Positions 1 through 11,775 of a stretch of DNA of 64,000 bases are shown here, piece by piece; position 1 is the first letter of the stretch; each line of letters opens with the position of its first letter. The notes under the pieces were generated by a model. The model was not told where the DNA came from and ran no database searches. It was given only the letters and a program-made list of their open reading frames with translations. A program made the translations under genes and the position numbers. The DNA is from Isurus oxyrinchus (Eukaryota). The stretch covers positions 136,710,001 to 136,774,000 of the forward strand of contig JANJGN010000004.1 in assembly GCA_026770705.1 (NCBI GenBank). Direction: 5' to 3'.

Positions 1-345
1 AGCCCATTGTGTCTGCACCAGCTCTCCAAATGAGCATTATGACTTAGTGCCATTCTCCAACCTTTTCCCTGTACCTTTGCACATTGTTTCTATTCAAATA
101 ATCATCTATTGCCCTCTTGAATGCCTTAATTGAATCTGCCTCCACCACACTTCTAGCCAGTGCATTCCACACTCGAACCACTCAGTGTGAAAAAGTTTTT
201 TCTCACATCGCATTTGCTTCTTTTGCAAATCACTTTAAATCTGTGCCCTCTCGTTCTTGATCCTTTTTCGAGCGAGAACAGTTTCTCCCTGTCAACTCTA
301 TTGAGCCCCCTCTTGATTTTGAACGCCTCTATCAAATCTGCTTGC
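1..345 (-). mobile_element. CR1 LINE 3' fragment
   Basis: DLIEAFKI..GLNRVDREKLFSL..GSRTRGHRFKV..RKNFFT, a typical CR1 ORF2 C-terminus. Confidence 0.85.
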
Positions 346-2569
346 TCTTGGCCTTCTCCTCTCCAAGACTGAGATTCTGTCGCTTCCATAAAATTCCCCA
401 CATAGTTTGTGAAATTCAGTTTTACTGCAGAAGCTGATCAAATTTTAAAAATGTATCTAAACTTCTTTCAAATGAAATTCTTTGCCATTGGCAGTGCATA
501 ATGGATAATCATGGTCAACATAATCAATGTCTTCTGCCTAATACTAGCTGTTTGTGAGGCTCAACTATGTGAGTTTGACTATTTCCCTTTTCCTAAAAGT
601 ATGAGCCCCTTCTTGCTATTGTATATTTTTCTGCAGCCTGTTAGTATCATTTTTAAATGTGTAAAACATTACCTCTCATTTGCTTTAAAGTAAAAAAGAA
701 CATCATTGTTATGGTTGGACATAGTTTGAACTCTCCCTGAGGTCTGCATTCATCTCATCTTTTGATACTGCCATTTTTATCTGTCTCACTGCACTGCCTC
801 CTTTGCTGATCTGCCATTTTCTAATGTACTGCTGTTTTACTTGTATGATTGCTGTTGAGACAATCTTAGACCTGGCTGCCATTCTCTCAGTTACAGAGAA
901 AAGGACTGTCTCTGGTGCCTACTTTTCAGAAAAAGTTGATTCATGTGTAAATTATCAGTTAGCCTTTATTTGTTCGGTCTGTGGAGAGTACACACACAGA
1001 TAAAAAGCTCAGAGGGTCAGGGCTTAGTAGATGCATGTTTCTCTCGTGGCCAGAATGACAGTGTTAGCATTGTTGTCAAAGATTATCACAGAGACTGGAA
1101 GGCCTCATCATTATGTACTTGCTGTTAGATCTTTTTACAGACACTATCATTGTAGGAAAAGCTGAACAAACGATACTGCATATTTAGGATCCTAACAATA
1201 AAGCGGAATATTATTACTAATTGGAATGATTTTTTAAACTTTTTTCCCATGGCTTGAGGACTGATTGCCAGGGAATTCTCCCTCATTACCATGGTGCTTC
1301 CTTCTACAATATCATGGCCTTCAGTTAAGAGAGTGCAAGAACTTCAATGCAGACTTCAATGTTGGTCTGCCATTGGCCACCTGTAGTGAGATCCCAAATA
1401 ACAAGTCTAGTTCAATCAATATTTTTAACCCCAACTTTCCATGTAAAAATCTTCAGTTAAAAACTACAAAATAGTCCATATTTTACTCCATCGTGTAAAG
1501 TCAAAGTTATCCCGTTTATATTAAAAAATAAATTAACACAAAAAGATGTGTGGTGAAAAATATTATTTCTCAAACAAGCAAAACTTGTAAGGGCTGGAAT
1601 ATCTGCGCAGATTTTACAGCAATTGCTTCTCTGCCCACCTCCACAGCATTACACTCAGAAACCCCCAAGGATCTAACTTTAGCAGAAAATTGATAAAAAA
1701 ATCTCAGAAATGGCAGGAGAGTACCTCTCACCACAAACATCCCTCCTACCTCTCCATATAATTGCAGGTTACAGGGTTACAACTTCAAAGAGAGAAAGTG
1801 AAAGAAAGAAGGCATTATTTATTTTTAATCATTAAAAAATCACCAATTGCCTTTTTCATTCTTGGCCTAATTGGCCACCATCTTGAAAATCACTAATAGA
1901 GGTTCATTTTTTCCTAGCCCATTTTTGCCCTATACACCTCTTTCACAAGTGAGCCATACCACTAGTATGAATTTAAAAAGTCCCCTTCATCTGGTAATGG
2001 TCCATATAATACCGTGCTCTTGCTTGGGATAGGTAGAGGTTCTGTCCCAAACAAGATGCCATGGAAACTGACAGGGATCATTAGGATCTAATACCAGATC
2101 CTGCTTAATCCCCAGTCTTTTCTTCACAGTCCATAATGAGAATGCAATGGAAGGACCACAGATTTTACCTACAATATCATAGTCATTGATGAAGAGGGTC
2201 AGTCCCAGAAAAAACATTGCTACAATTAGCCTTCCTTCATTAAAAATTGTAACTTTTCTAACCATTTTCTAACCAGTCAGGTGTTGATATGATTGGTGTT
2301 TCAAAAAAATGAATAAAACAATTTTAAATGTTGTACTTTGATTTATAAAATGTAATTGAAAGGTTTGTAGTGTTTTACCATCTGAGTCCCCAATGTAGCA
2401 ACATTTAACCAATATTACTTGTTGATAGAAAATGTACCTATTTCAACAGAAAAACAATCCATTCCAGTGTATTTGATCAGCTAGATAAGAGTGGAGCTAA
2501 ATGAGAGCAATGAGAGCACTGAGCTGGGCAATGTCAGCTTCTTTGGCGCATATCCATTTTTGTCGGATT

Positions 2570-2880
2570 ATGCCTCTGTGGAGCACATTGTGATAATATT
2601 CTGTATTAAAAGTGCTATATAAATGCAAGTTGTTTTTACTATTGAGAAGGTGATGGAGAGACAGAGGCATTTAGAGAGGAGATTCCAGACAATGGGACTT
2701 AAGGAACTGAAGGCCCAGCCAGCAATAGTAGGGTGAAGGGGGCAGAGGGGATACTTAAGAGGGCAGCGAGGGAAGAGTAGAGAGTTCAGGGTAGCTGCAG
2801 AGCTAAAGGAGGATATAGAGAAAGGGAGGGATGACTCCATAAAGAAATTTAAAAACATTCAACAAGGATCTTAGTGATGA
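2570..2880. mobile_element. Decayed L2-like LINE fragment and L2/SINE tail
   Basis: Tail motif gtgctatataaatgcaagttgtt, and attccagacaatgggacttaaggaactgaaggc resembling reverse-strand L2 3' sequence. Confidence 0.5.
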
Positions 2881-2893
2881 GTGAGAAAGATTG

Positions 2894-3002
2894 GGCTGGG
2901 ATTTTCTGGCCCCACCACGGGCGAGGCAGCATCCCAGCAAAAGTCCATTGACTTGCAGCGGGACCAGAAGATCCTGATGGTGGGTGGGTGTGGAAAATTA
3001 TG
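2894..3002. mobile_element. Short MITE-like element
   Basis: gggctgggattttct...ggaaaatt termini, shared with other elements in the window. Confidence 0.45.
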
Positions 3003-3024
3003 TGGGGTAAAATACAGGAGGCAA

Positions 3025-3305
3025 AACTTAGAACTATGGAAAGGTTACAGCACAGAGAGGCTATTCAGCCCATTGTGTCTGCACCAACCTTAAAAAGAGA
3101 AAAAAGAAGCTAGCCACTCATTTTCATCCCACTTGACAGCACCTGGTCCGTAGCCTTGAAAGTTACAGCACTTCAGTGCATATCCAGGTACCTTTTAAAT
3201 GGTGACACTTCCTGCACGTGGTCGTCTAGGACATTGGTACATCCACAACATCCCACATATTACAGGACATGCATTCCACATGACTGAGCTTCCCTGCTAT
3301 TGCTT
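3025..3305 (-). mobile_element. Internally deleted CR1-like element (ORF1 start fused to ORF2 end)
   Basis: The minus strand reads IAGKLSHVECMSCNMWDVVD..VLDDH..RKCH, then directly FKRYLDMH and a CR1 3'UTR similar to bases 1-20. A 5'UTR may extend to ~3990. Confidence 0.55.
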
Positions 3306-4035
3306 CAATTTACGTCCCTTATATTAACTTTATTTTACTTTGGTTTACTTATACTACTTTATTTTACCTGGCTTTGACTTAACTTTAGTTCCCAATTGCT
3401 TGTGTTTCTTACTGAAACCCAAGTAGCTCCTTCTTTTAAGGAGAATGTGTTTTTCTAACTTTCAGCTACTTAAAGATCCTCCCTAACAGCAGTTTCTCAT
3501 TAACCAATGAACTTGTGTTCCTCCTATGACATCGCTCTTGGATGTTTTCAAAACTCAGCCCTCTCATGCAGGTTCTCAATCCCTGGTTTCCTGCAGGCTG
3601 AGAAAGAAAAAGAAACGAGCACCTCCTTCCCCTCTTCACCGAACTCCTTTCTTGCCAAACTTGCAGCAATTCTACTCTGTAAGTGTGCACTCCATGACAG
3701 GGCACTTAACCTCCCTTTTATATACTATTGAGATTCCTATCTAGCAGTTCTTACAGAACCAGATTAGGCCAGTTCCTTAATTTGCTGATCTTGCCTGCTT
3801 TCAAGCAGAGAGTTTGATTTGCTTCATTAGTCCTACTCAAGCCTCTAAAAAACATAAAACTTAAAAAAAACAGTAAATTTTAGTAAAAAGCTAAATTGCA
3901 GGCACGCAGTACTAGATCTTATAAAAGATTAAACTTTTAAATTTGAAATTTCAGTCCCTTCTCACAGCAATTCCACTGTATAACAGTCTGATTTGAAGTT
4001 TATAGAGGGTTGTTTTTCATAATATTTTTCTGGTT

Positions 4036-4920
4036 TGTTGTAAAGTAGGTTTATGGGTGTGAGTGTAGATGATTCTGTCTGTGTGATTTAATTACATTTG
4101 GAGTCAGGCATGCTGCAAGGTTGAAATTATCAGAAGAAGCTAGGTGTAGGAATGCATTTGAAATGTTAATGAGTAAACATGGATGCTGCCTTAGCATGTA
4201 CAGTGTGAAGGGAATTTGCATTTTTAGATAACTGAAGGGATTGTTTAGATTTCAAATGGATGTTAGTATGTTTACAACTAGCCAGATAATCAAAACTAAG
4301 GAGTGTTTATTTTCCCCAAAGGTTACTGACAATATTGGCACCATGCAAGTTTTTATATGATGGGAAAGTAAAGTTCCAAAGATATATGGAACAAAGGAAT
4401 TTACATATTAAAGAGAGAGAAACCTATATAAAGGGGAATGAAAGACTGTTGGGGGCCATGTAAGATCTAAACAGGAGTGTGTGAAACAGCCTCAAAGAAG
4501 CCGCCAGCCATTTGTGATCTGCTGCGTCCAGTAAGAAGTTGGAGAAAGCCATTTGGAATTCCACTGTCAAGTGATTATTCTGTTAACTTTCTGGTGTTTT
4601 TAAATCTAAACTCCATTATAGACAGTTGCCTTAAAGGGGGTGTGTAATTGGGAGTCAGGTTAATTAGGAATTTTAGGAGTTGTTATGGTATTAATTAATT
4701 GTAGTCTTAAGTATGTGCTTGAAATATTTTATTTTGTTAATCAATATTTTAATTTAACTTTTAAAAATCTCTAAAGGCCTTAGTGGACTCATTATTTCTG
4801 AATTCAGTGCACACATTTTCTTGTAATAAATACAAATTGCAAAACCATTGTGATAAGATTTGTGATCAGGTTTCCCTTGAATTTGGTCCACCTGGCGCAC
4901 ATCATCTGCCACATCATAAA
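4036..4920 (+). mobile_element. Possible solo LTR
   Basis: Starts tgttgtaa and ends catcataaa, with internal tatataaa (~4425) and aataaa (~4825). No clean TSD. Confidence 0.3.
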
Positions 4921-5150
4921 AGGGTGGAGGTTTGGAGGCCAGCTAGTAGAGCATTGGATTAGTCAAGTCTAGATTTGACAAAGGCATGGGTAAGGATTTC
5001 TCTAGCCAATAGCCTGAAGCAATGAGGAAGCAGACAATCATTGTGATGGAGAGGGCATGGATGTGTAGCTCATCTTGGGGATGAATAGACGTTGAAAGTG
5101 AACAAGGTGAAATAGTGGCCAGGAAGTGGAGGATTCAGTGGTAAGGATAT
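4921..5150 (-). mobile_element. Decayed L2-like LINE fragment
   Basis: ggaggccagctagtagagcattggattagtcaagtctag...aaggcatgg resembles reverse-strand L2 ORF2. Confidence 0.5.
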
Positions 5151-5154
5151 GGAT

Positions 5155-5670
5155 ATATAAAAGGGAAAGAAAGGGCAAACAAACCCAGAGCTCCCTGGAT
5201 GACAAAAGAGCTGGAAATTAAGGTGATGAAGAAAATGCATGTTTATGACAGAGGTTAGATGGAGGCACTGGGCAGAGCTGAGGCACTAAATGATATTTTG
5301 CATCTGTCATTATCAAGTAAGAAAGTGCTACCCAGGCCACGGGGTGAAAGAAGAGGTAATTAAAACACTAGAAGATTTTAAAATTATTAAAGAGGAGGTA
5401 TTGGATAGGTTGTCTGTACTTAATAAGGTCCAAAGACTGGATGAGATACATTCAAGAGTACTGAGGGAAGTGAGACTGGAAATTGCGGAGGCACTGGCCA
5501 TAATTTTTCAGTCTTCCTTGGACCCAGGTGTGGTGCCAGAAAACTGTTCAAAAAAGGGTGTAAAGATAAGCCTGGCAATTATAAACCAGTCAGTTTAATG
5601 TCAATGGTTGTAAAGTTTCCAGAGACAATATTTTGGGGCAAAAGTAATAATCACTTGGACAAATGTGGGT
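5155..5670 (+). mobile_element. CR1 LINE ORF2 fragment (pre-RT region)
   Basis: PW.TKEL motif and LDEIHSRVLREVRLEIAEALAIIFQSSLDPGVVPE, followed by an NY.PVSL-like segment; frameshifted and deleted. Confidence 0.85.
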
Positions 5671-6424
5671 TACCTCTGCAAAGGTCCTTGAGGCATTTTG
5701 TTATATAAATGCAAATTGCTATTGCAGGTGTAAATTGAAATGTTCAAATTATGTGTGGTTTGATATCACAAAAAATGATCATTATAAATATTTGCGGTAA
5801 AATAGGACCTCTCTGACCAAAGGTAATGTTTTCTTCTCATTATATTACTTTAATACCTAAAGCATCCTCTGCCAAACTGGCTGGGCAAACCTTTTAACAA
5901 TCCCTCTGGATAGGCGGTGTGATCAAAATGTCTAAAATAATTATATTTTTAAATGACTTCTATTCATTTGGTTGTAAACTTATCAAATTTATAAGATGTT
6001 TGATACATATATCAATCTTGAAATTGAAAAATTTTATCACTGTTTTAGCTAATTTAACAGGAATCCACAATGCGTCTTTTCATTTCTTTCCAGAATGAAA
6101 ACATAATGGACAATTTTGTGATCTAATGCTTTTCATTGGGAGCCTATTTTGTAGCCCTGTCTCCTAAATTTTCCAGGCAGCTTCCCAGCTGAGAGCTCTA
6201 GATTCTCTTCTAGACTCATCCCACTCTTTCCAAAATTCTAAAGGAATACGTATTTTCACTGCCCTTGCCGCTGTTTTCTTTTCCATGTTACATAATATTC
6301 TACTTCAATGGAATAGATGGATGACTTTCAATCAGGCTCTCCACAGAAGGCACGTTCAGGACTGCACCAAGTGACCGACATAACTATCCCTCCCTCTTTG
6401 AAGGGAGGCATTCTTTTTATCCCC

Positions 6425-7059
6425 ACCCTTGCCTGGAAACATGCCAGAGGGATTCCCCAACACATCTTTGGGGTACCGCCCAAATCTGATGTTGGGAAGC
6501 ACGGAAGTTACAGGCCAATATGTGGGAAATGTGATCCTTTCTTAACCCGCTACTCCACACAGTACTACATTCTGCCTATGTAGTATATCCCCACCTGTCC
6601 ACAGCGAGGTGTTCGGGGTCTGAGTTTGGGAGGGTAGGGGTCCAGGGTCGGTGGGGGGATGGTGGTGGGGTTGTCAGAGGTCAGGGGAGGGGATGGGGGA
6701 GGGGAGTCCTGTGAGGTCAGTCTGGGTCTTTACAATAATTACCCAGAAGTTAGAGGTTTTTATTCTTCTAACCTTTTCTGGGTAACTATTGCTATAACCT
6801 TGGCGGAACCATCAAATTTGCAATTTAAATCACATTTTTGGATGGTTCCCAACACAGCACAATTGTCAAGAGAAAGTTAGCACTCCTGGACAATTGCCAT
6901 GCAAACCCTTGCCTGGGCACATGCCAGAGGGATTCCCCAGCACATCTTTGGGGTACCCTCCAGATCTGACACTGAGGAGCACGGAAGTTACAGGCCAATA
7001 TGTGGGAAATATGACCCTTTCTTAACTCGCTACTCCACACAGTACTACATGCTGCCTAT
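6425..7059. repeat. 155-bp direct repeats (6425-6579 and 6905-7059) flanking a 325-bp core
   Basis: Ungapped alignment at offset 480 with 15 mismatches (~90% identity). Confidence 0.95.
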
Positions 7060-9354
7060 TGCTTCTTCTATTAAATTGAAAATTGTTAGAATATTTTAAT
7101 GCAACATTTTAGATCAGATTTTCTGTAGAAATGACAGGAGCTAAAAGTGCTAACCATTATTAAAGTGAAAATTGGACAGTTACTCTACTTGCACAGTTAA
7201 ACAAGCAAATCAAGAAGTTGCTTCCAATTTGTCCTGCTCCTCCAGAAGCTTCGCTGTAACAGTATCTTGCAAAGAGACTTGCCGTTGAAACATACTTCAC
7301 AAAGCCATAAATCTACAACAGTATGTCTTTTTTCAGCAATACTCAAGTTCTGTACTACCTAATGATTATTTGCAAAATGAAGTTGCTGTACTTAAATGAT
7401 AGATACCTACTAAACTCACCAGAAAAGGTTCAGGCTTGTCCATTCCAGTGAAAGTACATTTTTAACTATGTAAAAAAAATCTATATTACTGCCAAACAAC
7501 CCCTCTGGAACTGAAAATTAACTTTCACAAATGTGTAATTATTATGGGAGATTTAAAATACTAAAGGATTTAATAAAATTTATTTTTTACTTATTCTGAC
7601 TCTAATCTCCCTCTCTTAATTCCATCTTTCTTCCTCTTTCTTTTATTTTCTTTACATATTTAGCAATGAATTAAATATTCCAGCTGGCACATCTTGGTTC
7701 AGATTCTGCACTGCTCATTAACAATTCTTCAATCTGATTGGTTAAGGAAATAGGTTGTTGCTCATCTTGTTCACATAGGTCCTAGATCTCCTGTAGAGGG
7801 CACTGCACTGAAACAGCCCTCTAATTACAACAAATTCCAAAGTAGGATCCCATAAGTGTAACAAACAGCTGGTAGAATTATTTTGTCCCTGAGAGCAAAG
7901 ACCAATTCAATACGATACTGGGTAATCCTATCAAGAGCAATAGGTTAGGAGGAAGACAAATAATTACCAAGTAAATGACTTTGTATACACATGTGGTTAA
8001 ACCAATTTTTACTGTCTAACAGACATAGTTGGAACTTGTCATACTGTCTTGCAACATATTATACCAGGACACAAAAACAAAATAGTGCAGATGCTGGAAA
8101 TCTGACACCAGAATGTTGTCAATGATAAGGTTTTATATACTGAATATGATCTTGAATGTAAATAGTTTTTAACAACATGACAGTTCTCCAGAACTATATA
8201 CACAGGCTTTGTTTGAAAAATGTCTTGGAAATAATGACATTAATAGAAGATTTTGTCATAGTAATAAAATGCTTTAAACTTTTTAAGGACTAAAAGTGTT
8301 GACAGTCTGATATTTGCAGATGATTTTAGTTAATCCAACTATCAGATTGCAAACATGCATTTCATCAGCTGCTGTGTAAATTGGACCTATTAATCCAGCA
8401 ATTCTGGTTTTGCGGCAGTATTTGTTAATACATTTGAATTATTTATCTATATTGGTGTTTGTCAGCTTTAATGTTTGAAAATATTACTTTTCAGATTCCT
8501 AATCTAGTTTTATGATGATGAATAAAAGTCATATCCAGCTCTGTAGCAGAATCACACTGACCAACCAGTAAATTGAGCTTCAATCAGTTTCATATTGAGG
8601 ACAAGCCTCAGCCACGTTAGCATAGTGAATTGACAGCCTTTAACAGGTTAGATGGCCCTTACTAGCCTAAAGTGAGAGTAGTTTACTCAGAACAGTGACA
8701 AGATGACAAACAAAAGCCAGGTTCAAGCATGGCTACAGGTGATTTCATTTATTAAATAGATCTTTAATTAGGACACATCAAATCATAATCTTGAAAAGGT
8801 TAGTTACTCCTGAAATGGTTATTTTTACAATTTTTACTGACCTACATCTTGTCACAAACATTCACTGTTCTGCTTAATAATCATGCATGTTTGGAATTCC
8901 TAGGCTCTGTGCAAGGAAACACATTTTAAAAAGCAAAATATAACCTTTAGCTAACCATTGTAGCTAATTAATTAATTAATTAGGCAATCCTATGTAAAAC
9001 AGACCCAACAGAAGTTTTACTTCAGCCATGAACAAAAGCACTATTTAACTCATACACCAGCTGTTGATGTAGCGAGCACTATTCTCTCTAATTTTGCTTT
9101 AGTGGCCAACTTTATGTAATCTCTTAAATTAAAAGCATTATTTAAATAAATGTCAACTACTTTTTTTGAAGTTATGACTTTTTCTTCATTTGTTAACTTG
9201 CAAGTTGTTTTATCAATGCTAGAAAAGCAATGGAAAACAGTATTAGGAGCAGAAGCTTACGAACTCATTTTCATTTGCATTATGTAATGTCCCAATGTCC
9301 CCATCAGCAACTTTTGTCCTGTGGCCATCTTTGCACTGATCCAATGAGTTACGA

Positions 9355-9525
9355 AGAAAAAAAATGTTGTATTTATATAGCAACTACCTCAACATCAGGA
9401 TCTCCTAAAGTGCTTTGCAGCAAATGTAATACTTTTGAATCGTAGTCATAGTTCTAAAGTAGAAAATGAGGCAACCAATTTGTGCATCACAAGCTCCCAA
9501 AAACAGCAATGTGATAATGGCCAGG
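9355..9525 (-). mobile_element. SINE 3' part with L2-derived tail
   Basis: ttgtatttatatagc...aaagtgcttt...gcaaccaatttgtgca...ctccca...cagcaatgtgataat; the start is the reverse complement of the tail motif at ~2610. Confidence 0.6.
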
Positions 9526-9614
9526 TCTTGCTGCATATGGAAACTGACTGCTTCAGTATCTGAGGTGCCAAATTGTGCAATCAGTGAAAATCTCCACCTC
9601 TGACCATGTAATGG

Positions 9615-9925
9615 AGGCAAGATCATTGATGATGCAGCTGAAGATGTTTGGACCTAGGACACTACCCTGAGGAACACCTGCAGAGACATCCTGGGGCCTC
9701 TAACAACTGCAATATCTTCCTTTGTGCTAGGCATGACTCCAAACAATGGAGTGTTTTCCCCTGATCCCATGGACTTCAGTTTTGCTAGGGCTCCTAGGTG
9801 CCACACTAGGTCAAATGCTGCCTTGATATCAAGAGCAGTCACTTTCACCTCACCTCTTAAATCCAACTGTTTTGTTCATGTTTGGACTAAGGCTTCAATG
9901 AGATCAGGAGTCAAGTGACCCTGGT
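9615..9925 (-). mobile_element. Non-LTR retrotransposon RT fragment
   Basis: ALDIKAAFDLVWH and, in another frame, AGVPQGSVLGPNIFSCIINDL (RT motifs). Confidence 0.85.
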
Positions 9926-10999
9926 GGACCAAGCATCAGATTGGTAGAATACGAATTTATTCCCACAATCCTTCAGCAGAGATCATACGGAAGGAATGAG
10001 GGAGAAAAAACAGGCAATAACCCACACTGTTGTCACCCACTTCATTAAGCAGCTTCAACAAAGACCAGAAAAACAGATGTTCAGTTTGCTCCTCATAACT
10101 AAAATTAATTTGCTATCAAGGAAGGCTCCCACAATCCTTAAACAAAGCACCTTTTGTAAGATCTTCAACAAATTCACAAAATTCCTGTGGAAGTGATGAC
10201 ATTTTCACCCTTTGGCAAAGTCTTCCCTGTATCACCAATGTTGCCGTTTGCTGCCACACATTGATTTCAGCTCTCTATAGGGAAGTCTTCTGTCATTGCA
10301 AACACTCAGCAGTAGCTCTTTTCAAAATGGAGTGGAGCAAGAAAGACAATGTGAAATCAGAAAAGTTATATAAAGGTGTTTGCAATAGAAGGCATGAATA
10401 GAAATTCTCAGAAATTTCAGGCACTTTCATCTTCCTGCTTCCACAGCCCAAACTGACACATTCAGGAATAAATCAAGATTGTTGTATGTTGCTCTTTCTC
10501 ACAAAGGAACCAATTTATTTTGAATTGAATTTGGCACCAAAGTGTCAACTTTATAAATGCACATTACTGGCAAACAGTCTCACCTGCCAGCTGTGCATAT
10601 CATGGCATTAAATCAGCATGGAAATTAATCAATGCAAAAACACCACAAAGCACCTGCAATGCTCTGCTATGTACAGCCAGCATGTGAAGCTCCCTTCCAT
10701 AGTTCACATTTGGAAAATTAGCCCTAAAAAGATTCATCTTCATATATTTAGGAACAATAAGAGTCCACTGCACACAGCAAACCTACTCTTCTTTAAGAAG
10801 TCATACCAATCTATCTGCCTTTTCACCATATTCCCAGGCCTTTCACCAGAAATACCTTTAAATGTCTTTAAAATCTTAAAACATTGTCTGTTTCAATGGC
10901 TATTTGGGTCGAAAAGATTCAATTGCAGCACTGCCACTATCTCAGAGTAAAGTGGATCTAAAATCTGAGATCTATATGGTATCTATGTATCTAGAAAAC

Positions 11000-11775
11000 A
11001 GGCTGGAATTTTTTTGCTTCACCCAGCAATGGGATGGCAGGCAGGGGTGGCATAATATTGGGTGCCATCCCAGCAGCACTACCCCCACTGGTATTTTACC
11101 ACAGCAGGAAAACGTTGGAATGCCCACTCTCCTGTGTGCCAAATAAACCCCTTAGCTGGGCAATTAATGGCACTTAAAGGCTTCCTCCCACCACTGTTTG
11201 GATTTTACCCGCAGTGGAGGATGCCGCCGCCAAGTGTCCAGGCAGCCCAGTAAAAGCTGGCCAGGCCAGGATGGGTGCCCCCTGTTCAGGCAGCCTGTGC
11301 CCATCAAAGACCTCCCCAAGATATTCCACACCCCCAGTATTTCCCCTCACTTCCCCCTACCCCTCTCCCAACCCTGCCAATCCTGGATCGCAGCCTGCCC
11401 CCCCCCCCCCCCCCACCCCCGTTCACCCCTTGCAAGGACTGCCAGCCTTGCCATGGCAAAACTCTGGATTTAACCTCTTCTGAGCTCCATGGCTCCTCTT
11501 CTTCAGGGGACTGGCTGCAGCCCCAACATTGCCCACTGCTTCCGATGCAGATGCTGGGACAAGAGAGCTGCCAGTCATTTGATTGGATGACAGCTCTCAG
11601 AGGCAGGACTTCCTCTCGACTGGAGATAGAAGACCCACCTCATGCCAATTACTGGTCTAACGGCCATTAAATAGCTGTGGGCTAGCGCAGGCGGGCTTAC
11701 CCCTGCCTTTTATGCTTGAGGCGAGGAATCCCACCTCCGCCACCCTCCCTCCCCCACCATTGTGTGTAGACTAAG
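11000..11775. mobile_element. GC-rich non-autonomous short-TIR element
   Basis: Starts ggctggaatttt; abrupt GC-rich block in AT-rich DNA with a C-rich low-complexity centre. Confidence 0.5.

Noticed and set aside
6317-7099. Two similar short ORFs
   Set aside because: The similarity only reflects the DNA direct repeat.
11198-11670. Pro-rich ORFs
   Set aside because: They arise from the C-rich interior of a repeat.
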